Assembly (NCBI GenBank): GCA_036172245.1
Contig: JAYWIR010000034.1
Coordinates: 1,054,001 to 1,118,000 of the forward strand
From: Raillietiella orientalis
Lineage: Eukaryota
Direction: 5' to 3'
DNA length: 64,000 nt
Numbering within the stretch: position 1 is the stretch's first letter; each line of letters starts with the position of its first letter. This document shows, piece by piece, positions 1 through 14,052 of this stretch. Both the position numbers and the translations under genes were made by a program. Below the pieces are notes generated by a model. The model saw only the letters and a list, made by a program, of their open reading frames with translations. It was not told the origin of the DNA and did not search any database.

Positions 1-875
1 AATTTAGGCAGAGGCTGGGGGGATTACAGAGTGTATTAGGAAGAACATACTATAGGAAGCCTTCTCCAGTATATGTTAGATTTGAGCAATTTGAGCAATT
101 TGAGCGAAATGCAGGAAATCGGATGAAGATAAGGCTGCAGACTATTTGTAATGTGGACTGTAAGCCACCGCCAGAGGGGACTCCGATTCAATAACATAGA
201 CGTCACTGATGTAATTGGTCAGTGCAGCATGTGTGAAGCAAGATTCATACATTTGTATATTCGTCTTGTTACTAGAAGTACTGGGTAGATTCGTGCAAGC
301 TGTTAGGTTATCATGATTGAGCGCCACAGTGCGACAGCTTGAATGTGCTGTATGTTATGTTCCACTAGCAGTCAATGCTGGCTGCTTGATACCGAACCAG
401 TGTACAGTGCATTAGCGTGGTTTCTGGGTGATGAGCTTTGAATTCTGGTCTATTTGAACTTATGTTGAAGTGGAGGAAAATGATAAAGACTGTGATTAGC
501 TACACAAACGATATGACGATAAGGCAACTTTAAGGTTCATCGAAAAAGTTGTATATGTTGAATTTTGCCTTGAAAATCATTCAGAACTTCTACAGTATAA
601 CATCTTAGAACTCGAAATGTATTGTTACTGATTTAGGGGGATCATGCCTTCCAAGGTAATTTCTTCAAGTTTACTGCTGCCATCTGAATTTGTTTTTTTT
701 AAAGTACACAATTTTCTATTAAGTCGACTGAGAGAAATTGCATGCCAAATGTGTTTAAATTATAATGTATTTCATTTTTACACAAATAATTTGAGTCAAA
801 ATCACAGTGAATAGGTTCTCAATTTTTTCTTTCTGAAGAAAGAAACACTCCTTAGAACCTTTGGTTCTTGTTTTG

Positions 876-3800
876 TTAATGTATCCTTGACAATTGTTGT
901 TCATCTGCTAGAAGGTGATTCAGATAAGAAGTGAATGATTGCGTTTGCTTCTTCTCTCTGTGTATATATGCCTTCAGTTTTTCCAAAGTATTGTTGATCA
1001 CTTCGTCCTGAAGAAAACTTGTTTTTTGTTTACCTGGTAACAATTCCACTTTGTTTTCAAGTGATTTTCTCGTTTTGTCAAACACTTGAAAGAGAATTAA
1101 AATAAACATAATTGTTGAAGATCACTTACTTAAAATTCTTGGTGGATGAAAACTCAATAAACGTTCTAATTGGATATAGACATGTATGTCTGTACCATAA
1201 GCATTTAAGGCAGATAAGCAATATTGAAGGCAGACTTCAAAAAGCCGCACACACACAATATTGCTGTCTAAGGGGTTTTCAAGTTCCTCAGAAGCATTTA
1301 TAAGGCTTTGTTTTGCCGATATGACATGAAGGGAAATGGGAGACATTTCGTCCTTTATGAGAGATGACAAATATAATAATATGGATTGATTAGGATGCAT
1401 TTCAGGCAAAAGAATTTGGGTTATCAACTGAAAAATGCAACAAATTTAAGGCATTAAAAGTCAAGAATATTAACTGTTTTCAAGTGCAGCAAAGTTTTTG
1501 GTTCATTCCAAGAATCTGGAGGTAAATCTAAACAGTTTTTGAATTCTGGTGGTGGCCAGTCCAAATGTGCCAAGTCAGGATGCCCTATTGTTTCTGCAAG
1601 ATGACATAAAGTAACATTGAAGTATAGTAACAATACTCTAAAATCCTAAAATAAATCATGAAAATTTCCTTGAAACTCAATACCTTACCCTTTCACTTCC
1701 ATCACAAAATACATTTAAAACCTTATCATATAAGAAAACTTCCAAAAGATCGGATAAATAAAAACACGTTAAGTCTGGCAAAGGTTTAGATAAAATGGCT
1801 ATCTGCTGTACAATTCTGCACAGCTATAGAATTATATTTAATGTCATCAAAACATCTTTTCATTTACATTACCTTCAAATAGTTACAGATTTCATCTTCC
1901 TTGAATTGTTCAATTAATGTAGCTCCAGCATTAAGTAACTCAGGACTAATTTCATCTCCACTCGTGAGAATTGCATAAGGCATTCCTTGGAGCACATGCA
2001 TTTCTCTAAAAGGGACAGCATTTCCAGAACAAAGGAGGAGTGCAGCAGCAGCTCCTTTAAGTTCTTCCCTTTGTGGAACTCCAACCACTCTTCTAACACA
2101 TATTGAAAGCATTCTATTTTTCTCCAGAATTCCTTCAAACAAAGCTGACTACGAAACTGTGATAAATACTGAAATACAGGATTGGGTTTAACCTCTTCCA
2201 GCTGGTGATCAGCAAATGCAAAGCGATGGCATAACCAGCTCCAAAAAAAATCAGAGCTGTCATCAGCTTTTATTATCAAAATTTTCCAATATACGTGATC
2301 ACTTTTTGAGATTGTTTTCATCACAACTGTTAGAAGGTATAGCAGAGGAATCGGATCAACTTTCAGTCTGTTCTGCAAAGCCATTTGACAATGAGCTATT
2401 TCTGAAAATTATATCATTTATGCAATATACCAAATTGCATGCACTCACTAAAATATCTGTTTTCCACATACTCGTTTGGATTAATCTGACTGACTAAACA
2501 GGAACAACTGCAAACAGATTGCATGTTCCAACTTAGACAATTATTTTGCTCTTCCACTGTGAAATGTGTAGCAGTCGCTGGAAAGTTGAGAAGGGTATTT
2601 GAAGACTGAAGGTTCTGTTTGCATATTTTGTACCAAACCCTAAAGAAATTGCGTAGGCGTATTCTGCAACCAAGTTCACATGCTATTCTTAGAATATGGT
2701 TTCTAAACTTAACTCGGTTAAAAGTACTTGATACAAAGATTGTGCACTTACATTTCTAAAATGGCTTCTTTACACAATTCACGAACAAATTCATTCAGCA
2801 AAGAATCTATAAACCTTGAAAAATCATCTAACTTTCTACGTTGTAATGTTGTTTGAATTTCTCTGTTAATCATTTCACAACAATCCTTTGTAATGACGTC
2901 TTCGAAGATTTCTTGTAATATACAGAAAGACATTTTTTGCCACTGGTTTTGTCTAGCTTTAGCTGCTGCTTCTAATATTTGTGGAAAACCAGAAATCATT
3001 TCATCACAAATGTTTCTGAGTCACTTAGGTAATTAATGCAAACTGGGTTGTGGTACTTACAGCACAAATTCTTCAACAAACATCTGAATCAACTGTGAGC
3101 ATGTTTGCTGAACGAGTTTTTCTGCACTATTTAAATGGAATGACAATTCAAAAAATATCTCGTTTATTTCATTCAGTATTACTTCAGTCACTAGATTTGT
3201 TAGAAAATTTTCAGCGAATTCATCAGTTACAGTTGACTGTACCTTCAAGCAAATTATCAATGTGTGTAAGCATAAGAGATACTCAACTTTACAAGAAGCA
3301 CATTTTATAAGTGACAGATTTGCTTGATCTTTAGCATAATACGCTTCTGGTTGAAGGATATTTGAGTTTGTGAAACTGTTGTGAGTTTTGTATTCTTCAA
3401 GATTGCACATAGAATGCACAACTTCTTTACATAAGGTCTTAACTCAATTAATTAAAGGGTTACAATTTTCCACCACCAACCTGTGCAAGATTTTGCGTTC
3501 TCTTCTTTTCTACAATATTTCTAGAACGTATCTGGTTCCAACCGACTTGAACAGGCACTAGGGCTTGTTTTTCTAAAAGAGCAAATTCTCCATCCACCAT
3601 CAGCCCATGTGATTCACAAAACTGACTGCATTCAGAAATGTTTTCAAATCCAAGCATTTGAACAAGTTCACTTATTGGATACTTTAAAAATTTTTAAAAA
3701 CACATTTACAATAGCAACACATCTTACTTGGAGGATTTCTCCTTTCTTGCCACCAGGACAATATGCCTTCACCAATGTATGTAAAGCCGTGCTGCGTACT

Positions 3801-5970
3801 TGTGGAAAATAACGATGAAGAATGCAGGCCTGCAGGTAGGTGGCTGAATGAAGTTGCTTAAAAAAACGGACAAAATTATTGCTGTTCAGTGCATTAAACA
3901 CATGCACAGAAAATCTAACTTCACTTGACTCCCGAATCTCAGTGCGCAGTTGCTGAACTTGTCTAGAAAAAGAAACAGAATAAAGAAAAAAGAAAAAACC
4001 TTTACCTTAACACATCACCTTCATACAACTGAAGAAGAACATAATAACCACGAAATTCAGCTTCATTGGGACAGTGTATATGGCGCAAACTAAGATCATA
4101 ATACATGTGTTTCAATGTTTGTAGACACTTCATGAGATTTTCATGATTAATTTTCGGATCAAAACATGTCATATCTTCTTCGCATAAGCATGCAGCACAG
4201 TGAATATGAAATCTTGCACATCTTTCTACAAGATTGACTGCATCTATGTCACATAACTGTTGTTGAGTTATATCCTATCATAATTTGGAAGACAGAAACG
4301 AAATCACTAACGTTACAAATATGCTTACTTTACGAATACTTCGAGTCCGATCCCACAAAAAATTATACCATTCATACATGCTTTCTCCAAAGCATTCGAA
4401 GCGATTCGCTATTTCATGTAAAAGATAATGCATGGTTTTCATGAGAACTGGAGTTGGACGCAGTTCATGTGGTAAAGGTTCTTCTTGATCAGCACTGCTT
4501 CTAGAGTATTCTTTCACACAACGTGAGTGATCAGCTTCATACTAATCAATTTAAAAAAATCCTACTGTAAGAACTGAAAAGTACATTTCTGATGAACATA
4601 CTTTTTCAGAGGACTTATGCTGTTCAAAAATACTTAAACGATGTTTCTCTTCCCTCATGTAACGCTCTTTTTCTGGACACATGTCTGGGCAAGTACCCTG
4701 CATTACTTTGGCCTTCTTCATGTCTCTTTCTTTGCTAACTTCTTTATGAAATATATGAAATAATACACGTTAGTTAATAGATTCTCCCCCAAATTTCCTA
4801 CCTAAACGTAATAATTTATCTCTACAATCTAATACTAAAAAACGTTCTGAAGCAGTTACAGCTGGTTTAGATAAGCTATTAATTAATTTTTCCATTTTAA
4901 TATCTAATGTGGGTCTTATGAATATTCCAGCATCACTACATTAAGTGAATCAGAATTCTTTTCTAATTACAGGTCACAAACTACCTTGCTAAAGACTCAA
5001 GATCATACACTCTTTGTTCTTGTCCAACATTTTCGGTATCAAGATTATTTGTAGTTTTATTAATCATATCAGTTGAGCCTTTTGAAATTATTTGTTTTTC
5101 TGGACTGGGGCTTGCACTTGGCTTATTTCGAGTCATTACAGTACTCCAGTACATATGTATTGGTTTCATATTTGGTTTTAATATCCCACCAAAGCGTTTA
5201 GCTCTGGAAGCACTTTCCTAGAAATTTGCAATAAAAAACCAAGCATCAAGAATACATTCTTACATAAGTGTCAAAGTGAACAATGGCACGATTTTTTGCA
5301 GGATGACAAACAATTTTGTTGACCTTTCCAAACTGCTGGAAATGTGGCAGCAAATAAATTCGTGTGTTTAATTCTTTGGGAATGTTTTTGCATGTTAACG
5401 AATACATATATGAATTTCGACCAGAAGTTAAGGAATTACCACTTCCTGATTCTGGGATGATCAAACTAATCTTCTCTGATTCATCAACTAAAGAACTGTG
5501 CTGCATTTGACAGATATCTTCTGCATTTGTCACTGAATTCGGATGTTTGTTTAATGCCAATTGTGATGAAACGGCAGATGATAGCATACGCCTTTTATTA
5601 ATAGATTTATCGACTTTCTTAGGATTGTAATCTGATTTTCTTTTTGTTTTTTGGTTTTCACCGGAAATAATGGGATTTCGTTTCAAATCACTTTTTGGTT
5701 CATGTATTTTTGTTTCAGTCAAAAATTCTGTCTTATCACATTTCATGTTTAACAGTGGTTCTGCTGAAAAATGTACACCAGCACTAAAACTATCCAACGC
5801 ATTTTTCACTTCTGGAGGACCAGGGTCGATTGGAAAAGCATTGACATAACCAAATATTGAGCTTTTGCTTCCTTCTTTATTGCTTTCATAAAAGTTAACT
5901 GCTGATGCAAAGGAATCAGATGCTTGTGTGGTGCTAACACTACTACTGAAATTTGCATGACTTGCATGTG
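876..5970 (-). CDS. MCM3AP: Germinal-center associated nuclear protein (GANP/Sac3, TREX-2 scaffold; xmas-2-like), multi-exon; start codon not resolved
   Basis: Spliced exons give an RRM-like segment ([11 protein letters not shown]...[13 protein letters not shown]) and Sac3/GANP motifs [58 protein letters not shown] and [26 protein letters not shown]-terminal MCM3AP-like part follows (YWKILI..., WPPPEF). GT-AG introns checked, e.g. 5218-5263, 4936-4984, 4742-4801. Stop at 876-878. Confidence 0.93.
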
Positions 5971-7825
5971 CTGAAAGATACAACACATTTCAACATAACA
6001 AAACGATTCACGTCATTCCAAATCAATCCAATTTATCACAATTACAAACAACTACTGCTTTCCTTTTAATTTAATCAAATCGAAGCAAAGAAAGAAACCT
6101 TCCCCTAAGAAACCACTACTATAATGCTTCAAGCAAACATGATGAAAGAAAAAATGCTTAAGTAAATTTCGGTTTCTATAAACAGACTGTCGACCATAGT
6201 TTATGTTGGAGAGAGTAACTATAACTAACAGTTAATAATGTCATTGATCAATTAAATACTTTCGTTATATTTCGCATTCTAAAGAGATTACATGAATATG
6301 ACATGGCATTCTCCTATGAGTATGTCATATGTACTCACACATGTTGAAATTGTAGTTACATATAGAATCACTAATGATGCTACTCATAGTAAACTAGAAA
6401 ACCAACATACAAGGGCTACTATTATTTAACACAATTTGTACAGCGCCGTTTACTTGTCTAAATCCTGCACATAAGAAATGACATGCGTTAAATGATACTG
6501 AATCAAACTGATGTTTTCTGTTCAAATAAGAAAAATATGCAGTACTTATTTTATACACTGAACATGTGAATAAACAAGAAATAAATAGATGTAAAAGTAA
6601 AATCCTCTTAATCAACTTATTCAAGTAAATATCTAAACTAAAAATATTAAGAAATCTTATTTTGAATTATAAAATGAGTATCCAGTTTACATATAAGCAA
6701 TCAGAAAACATCACATACCAATTTTAGCAAAATGAGATACATTTCCGAATTTGCTTTCAAAAATGGGTGTTTGATTACCAAATATGCTCTTTTTAATAAA
6801 AGTTTCGTGCAAGTCAGATGGTTTCCTTACACATGGACCTTCAATAACTGAAGATCCTTGAATAAAAAGTGGGGAAGTTGTTGGCTAGGATTAAGAATTG
6901 GGATACATTATATCTTCATTTATACTTACTGGAACATTTAAGATATGCTGAATTTCGGGTATGATGACTCTAGAATTAGTAGTCTCACTTGGAGTTGCCA
7001 AATTATTTGTAAAACTTTGATCAAACATGATCAAAGCTTGAATCTGTCTAGGCACCTTCAACTTGGCAATACAGCATTTTTCAAAAGTGCATTACATAAA
7101 TTTATATTGTCAGTTTTCATGAGAAATAAATTGAATTATAATGTGAGCTACTGACCATATCATAAATCTTGAAAAAATTCTAGTTTTAAATCATTTACAA
7201 GCAGATTGAAACAGAGTTTAAACATTAAAATTAAAGTAATAAAGGCAGAATAAATAAGCTGCTGCCATGGATCTGCAAATCATCGCTAAAAAAATTCTGC
7301 CTACGACATCACCAATCATAGAAATTAATTATAATTTAAGAAAAGTAGCTGCTTAACATTAACAGTAAAAAATACCGACTTGCTTTTAATCAAATTTGTA
7401 ACAAGCATCATTGAACAGCTGTAATTTTGATATTGATTAAGGCAGAGCAAAAACAACGAAAACCACAAACTTTATGTTTTTGCCCATCATGTGGAAACCA
7501 GTTGTATTAAAATAACTTGTTCAAATGTATTCAAAATATCAAAGTCTAGAATTTTTTTCAAGTTTAATATAGTACAATATAAAGAAAAAATATTATACTT
7601 ATAAAGCACAAGCATTCACAACTCATAGTTTTTCACATTCATAGTTAATGAAATTTTTTCAAAACACACTTCAAATCATTGGGAAAAGTTTGAAGTAATT
7701 TACAAAACTGATTTTCATGAACTGAACATATGTTTGAAAAGCTGCTCTACAAATCTCCAGATCTTAAAACTTGCACTTAAGTGCAACTGATACCACATTA
7801 ACAAAGCGCTGTCTACTTTAATAAA

Positions 7826-10800
7826 TTACAAAGGATCCTCAGAGCATCCTTGAAGTAAATGCTGTAAAGTTATCTGATCTAAAAATCTACCTAAAATTTG
7901 ATTTATTTAATGGATAAATTCGTTATATACAAAAATCTTACCAATAATAACCAATTTGCAAACATGACTTTCTTCTTCATGCCATTCCACTGTTGGTCGA
8001 ATCTCATAAAGTTCCATAACTGCCTGTACCATTATTTTCTGAAGATTATTGGAAAATGACAAAACACCCTAAAAATACCATAGAATAATACATATGCAAG
8101 GCAATTCCTAAAGGATACATGATTTGTGAAGCATGTGAAACACTTAAAAAACACACAAATACACAAGAAATATGTGAAAATTTACTCTGTTCAATCACTT
8201 AATAGTCACACAGCGTATTAAGTTATGTGTAATACTCGAAAGATATTTTACAAATATGGATTAAGCCCACACATATAGTGGAAAACTAATAAATTAAAAG
8301 ATGCAGAACAAACTGAATTGTCAAAGCCATATGCAAATAAAAAGTTCATTTTTATTGGATATAGAGAAACCGGTTTATGTTGGTTCAATATATTTTCTGT
8401 TCAAAGGAATGCTTTGAAATAAAGTTCATATTTTCCTTAGAAACAAAAAAAAAGTTCATAATCTCTATTAAACGATTAAATCAATAACTTCTGCTTTGCT
8501 TAAAACTTGCATTATCTAATAAACAAATATAGACCACTTCATTAGATTAGTAAAATGACTGCTACAAAATCAATTTTATGGATTCTAAAAAATGATCACT
8601 TTTAACTAGTATATCATTTGTAGTTACAGATTGGTTTCCACGAAAATTAAACAAACCTATATATTTGAATTTAGTCAGCAAGTTTAAGATTTTTTGAATT
8701 TTTATTCATTTACATGCATCTATAAAGCATAATGTAATTAAAAGAGCTGAATGAATAAATCAGTGGAATTTTTTGGGAATAACTCAGAATTCAATCACAT
8801 AAAGTAAAAAACAATATCAACTTACTAAAGTAATCAACAAAGAAATCAGAACCAGATACTACACAAGGGCACAGGAATCAGACTCTAAATGAATTACACT
8901 TCATTTCTGAAGTGTAATTCAATTAAGAACATGAGTTTCCACACAAAAACATAAAATATGTGTAAATGCACCTTTAATCTAAGAATTTGCATCTGATGTC
9001 CAGAGCTACTTTCAACATCTTTATCCCATAGAAGCTTTTGTAAGACTTGTTCAAATTTAATGGGATTAACTGATCCTTTGATTTCACAGTATGCAGTTGT
9101 TACAGTCTAAACAATGATTCAATCTATAAAACAATCAATATCAAGGAACTTTACTTGATCAATTTTATGGGCTGCTAAATGTGTACTGACGTTCTGTAAC
9201 CTACGTAAACATGTGAGTACTTAAAATATTAGAAATTTAAAAATCACTTACTTTTTTAATATGAAAGATGCGCTTGATCCATTATAGGCATGTAATCCAG
9301 AGCACAACTTTCTTACATCTACACTAGATAGATGAATAAAATCAAGAATGAAATCATTACACCCAAAACTATATTAAACTACATATAAATTGCTTATTGC
9401 TTTAAAATTACACATATGCTAAAAGTTATGAGAATTTTAATACACCTATGCAGCTTATTCTAAAGAAACAGGTCTACAGGAGTAAACCTGATTCTAAAGA
9501 AAGTAATTTTAAAGGAAAAACACAGAGTATTCATCAAAGGTAATTCATATGCAGGCAGTTTTTGATCAGTCTTTTCCTTTACAACCTTTCTAATGTGGCA
9601 TTAAATTTCACTGATAAAAACAAAAGTTTTTATACATGGATCTCTAAAACTGGAAATAAAATGCACGATCAAGATCTTTTGAATCACGCACAATTAAGAA
9701 TTACCCATGTATTTATGAAAAACAAAATAAACAACACCATTAAGAAGTGAAACTACAACAATGGAAAATACATTAATTTTCCACAATTTTTTCGCTCTTG
9801 TACTGTAAAATTACAAGAATAGAAGAAAGATTCAATTAATAATAGTTCACAATGCAAGACATAAATTAAAATTTTTCTGTGGAGAATGTTAACATTAAAG
9901 CTAACATGTGCTTTTGTTTTGTCTTGTCTTTTTTCCTTAGATAATCCATAAAAGTTAAAAGTAGTCAATTTCTACATGAATAGGCTACTTCAACATGAAT
10001 TTATATTAAATGATGGCCAAACAGCATGCAAAGAAAGCAACAAATGCACGTGTCATTTAAGCAATTGCACAAACATGCATGTGCACATATTGGCAAAAAC
10101 ATGAATCATACAATCCATATGATAATGTAAAACAAGCAAATGTATTTTCAACTACAGTGATCTTTGTTAGACGAATTATTACACTAGTTTAGAACACTAT
10201 TACTTTATGAAGACTCATGTACCATATTCTCACATACAATATTCTTCTTCAAATAAGATAAACAGAATGTCTAAACAAAGAATACAACTATGCAGTTAAA
10301 GAATCCAATTAAAGAACCCTTTGATATAATTTTTTTAAATATAAAAATAAAGCATTTGCACATTCTCAAAGCATTGCGGGAAATTACCTGCCATTCTTAC
10401 ATGCAGCTATTTCAGCTGTAGCATTGATTATTCTGAGGCAAAAGTAAGACGAAAAAATTAGAAACTAGAATTTTTTTAAACAAATACTTGCCTAATTTGT
10501 GACTGAAGTTCTAAACACTCCTTAGTTGTTATTAGGTCAATCTTGTTTATGATGATAAAATCAGCATAAGCTATCTGACTAAAGAGGAATACATTTTTGC
10601 ACTGATAAAGACTGTATTTAATTATTCACCTTACTGCAACATTCCCAGGATCTAATTCCTTATGTGTATGCATCTGCTACAAAAAAACGTCAGTATACTT
10701 ATACCATACTTGCCAATGCTACCTTAAGTGCATATTTCCCATCCACTACAGTCACAACCCCTAGAATGAAAATACAATATACAAATTCTATTTTTCATAT

Positions 10801-13800
10801 TTGAAAAAAAAAAAATTCCTTTTCTAATATATGCCTGATTTTCAAATTTGTTCTATAATGCATCTCTATATTTTCTAATACATGCACATTACATTCCCTT
10901 TATTAAAGTATAAAAAAAGGAAATGTTGCCATTAAGACACTCATCTAACTTTGCAGATTAATTTAATTAACCTTTTTTACAGATTACATTACAACATTAA
11001 GGCAACATCTTTATAAATGAGTTCAACATTCTAAGTACGTCAGCAATATGAATCAATAAAAACACTATTCTCAAAGGTGATGGATATGAGGAACTATCAA
11101 ACAAAAGAAATATACGTTGATGTCTTTAAATACCGAAATTACAACCGATGCTGGAATTCTGTATTTTTTACATGCTTGTCTAAGGCACAAAAAAGGACCT
11201 TCCATTTACAGTTATCGTCACTTTTTTTTATGCCACAGATTTGAGGATTCATCTCATTTTCTTAAATTTGGAACAAGGCATTTGATTCAAAGGTAAACAA
11301 TGCGGCAATTACTGAATTAATTAAATATGACAACTATTAAGCTTATCATCTTGCACTAGTGTGCACAGTGAAACTTGCTTTAAGAGTGCTGTTTTAAAAA
11401 CAATCAGACATAATTTCAGTAGAGTCCAGAAGTCAAAAAACCTTCAATCAAAGATAGGAAATTACGAAGAAAACATCAGAACCTTCCTGAATTGTACAGA
11501 AAAATTGAAGCACAATATATTGTTTGCATAGAATTAAGTTTTGTATGTGACTTTTAAACTGCTATGAAAGAAAGGTCTAAACATACTTAAACATGTATTT
11601 TAGCTCTGTTGAATTTTTAAAGTTATCCCTTATCAATTCAAATTCAAAACTCCTTGAAACAAAAACAATGGTCTTATAAAAAACTAATACACAATCTAGT
11701 AAATAAACAAATTAAGTATGCAATCACAAAATGGGGTTACAAACATTTGCCTATACATGAATGCTAATTCTGATGTTTTCAGCTCAAGGCTACTCATTAT
11801 TCAAATAATATTGTTTATTGATGTTTACCATCAAGATGGACTTCACTTTCTAAATCTTCATCGACCCAGAATAGCTTAATGAGTGCACCTAAACAAAAAA
11901 CAGCAAATGAAGTAAGTTATCTGATATGCACATGGAAATTCGCTTTATATGATAAATCAGTTAGAGAAAAATATAAAGTTTTCTACCTGGATCAGCAACA
12001 CCAGTTGTTTCCAGAATGATCAAATCTATTGATTTATTTTGCTTAACAAGATTTTCTAATTTCTGCAATCCAACATCTCTATTTATGAACAACAGCAAAA
12101 AAAAAAATAAATCAGAAAAAAAATCTTCAAATTATATTTAAAATATTTACTGTTCAATGAAAATACAACAAAATTCCTTTATTTGTCCGGTTAATCGAAA
12201 AAATTACGGACCCACTGAAAATTAATACCCAGATTTTCTACAAATTCCAAACATTACATTCAGAATTTGAATGTACTTGAAATTTGAAGAATTTGAAGGA
12301 AGTTCTTGATGCCTTTTATTTTGGGGAAAGGCTATATGCATTTTCTAAATACGAAAATAAACAATTGCTTTTATATGAAAACCTGAGAAAATGAAATGTA
12401 TGATTCAAAATGTCTTCTATTACCAGCTTGCTAGTCTAACATTCGGTAATAATGCAGCTGATTTTGAAACACAATTCGTTTTCTTATATAAACATTCCTC
12501 AAATACACATGTCAGTTGATTCAAAAACTGTAAATGCTAACAACAATGTTAAGGTGACATGCACACAAGAAAAATTACTTTGAAAAATTCACAATACAGT
12601 TAAAAAAAAAAATGCTTGGGTTTATGAAGTCTGAAAACCAAACATCTATTCATCTTACAGAACCAACTTCCATTATGCCCTCATATACCAAGTGGAGACA
12701 AAGAACACTGACCACAGCACAATTCCAAAGCTCAGATTAACACATAATAAAAAAACACATACATTCAGAATTACAATCAATTTTTCTACATTATAAAATT
12801 ATATATAATGCTACATAAGTTTTCAGAATTCGAGCACACACATCTACTTTGAAATATCTGTAAGATGAATATATAGATTCAATATTGTGTACATGAAGAG
12901 ACTGGCATGATGTGAAGAAAATTCGTGAGGTAACACTAATTTGTTAATGATGTAAAACCAGGCAAACAATTAAGGCACTTTTTAAAATGAAATGAATTGT
13001 AGGCTCAACCTGAAGTGGCTACAATGAATGTGATAAAAGCACCACTCGTTTTCAGAAATGCTAAATCTGTGCTTCACAAAAAAAGAGCAAGATCACCGGA
13101 TAGATCTACTCAAGCTTCCATTTGCTGATTAGCATGCAAGGATCGAAGAACTTGGTTTTAAATGGAATGGTAGTTATACTAACTCGCAACTTATCCAAGA
13201 AACTGAAAAAAATCATTCAAAATAAAACATCAATTCTCAGAAAATGAGAGGGGGTATTGCACGACTACGAAATTATTAAAAATAAGCCGAAATCACATTT
13301 AAATAGAAGGAAGGATTCCGCACTTACAATTATATTATAAATATTGAAAAGTATATAGAAAAAATAATAACAAACATTGTATAAAACCTCACTACGTAAT
13401 GAAGTATATTTTATATAAGATTGCTATCTGGATCAGCATTTTACAAATTTAGCAATCGAATAAACTTGAACAAAAGTGAGTTCAGTACAGTAAATCTGCA
13501 GACCAAGGCACCTCAATTGAAAATCCAAAAAGTGCTTCGATATCTACATAAATATTTTATAAATCATCCTGTTGTTTGTTTTATGAGAAGAATATATCCT
13601 CATTCTTTAAAGACGCAGTACGAACCCACTCTGTACATCATCCCTTGGACAAAAGTTATCATGACAATAAAATCAAAAAAATATAAAAAAAAATTTACTT
13701 TAATGAACAACACAGGCACCCGTTACGTACTTCGATCCAGTCTTCATATCTCCTATTTCCTATCATCAACACATTCTCCATAATGGTCTCTGAAGAAATG

Positions 13801-14052
13801 AACACACTGTTATGTACCATAACAAACGATCCTCGACGTACCTGCGCCAAGTTCATTGAGAATTACGGCAACTTTCCTTCCGTGGTCAGCATTCAGAATA
13901 TACGATAACAAAGTTGTTTTACCAGCACCCAGCTGACCAGTCACAATTATTAACGGGACAGATCTATTGGCAAGCCTTTCTCCATCCAACGCACGATTTT
14001 TTTCCCTCGCATCAATGTCAATCAATTCAGGCACTTCCTCGTCACTGTCCAT
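7826..14052 (-). CDS. ZNG1: Zinc-regulated GTPase metallochaperone ZNG1 / COBW-domain protein (COG0523), ~13 exons
   Basis: Exon 14052-13842 has Walker A TGQLGAGKTT and VAVILNE. Exon 13789-13699 has the CxCC motif GCLCC; exon 12078-11988 has LETTGVADP. Further exons give LDGVVTVVDG, QIAYADFIIINKIDL and the CobW_C motifs ILRLK|GV and KLVIIGRFLD. Stop at 7826-7828. Exon phases I checked join in frame. Confidence 0.95.

Noticed and set aside
1..520. Slightly GC-richer segment with a 9-bp tandem (ATTTGAGCA x3) and a short ORF
   Set aside because: No recognisable motif and truncated by the window edge; possibly TE debris.
3050..3812. Plus-strand ORFs antisense to GANP (and similar ones opposite GTF3C2, PPP4R1 and p190)
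   Set aside because: Shadow ORFs of real minus-strand exons, with no independent homology.
8111..8118. GTATCCTT U12-type donor consensus on the minus strand (also near 41752)
   Set aside because: Not at an exon boundary; the ZNG1 exons join through ordinary U2 sites.
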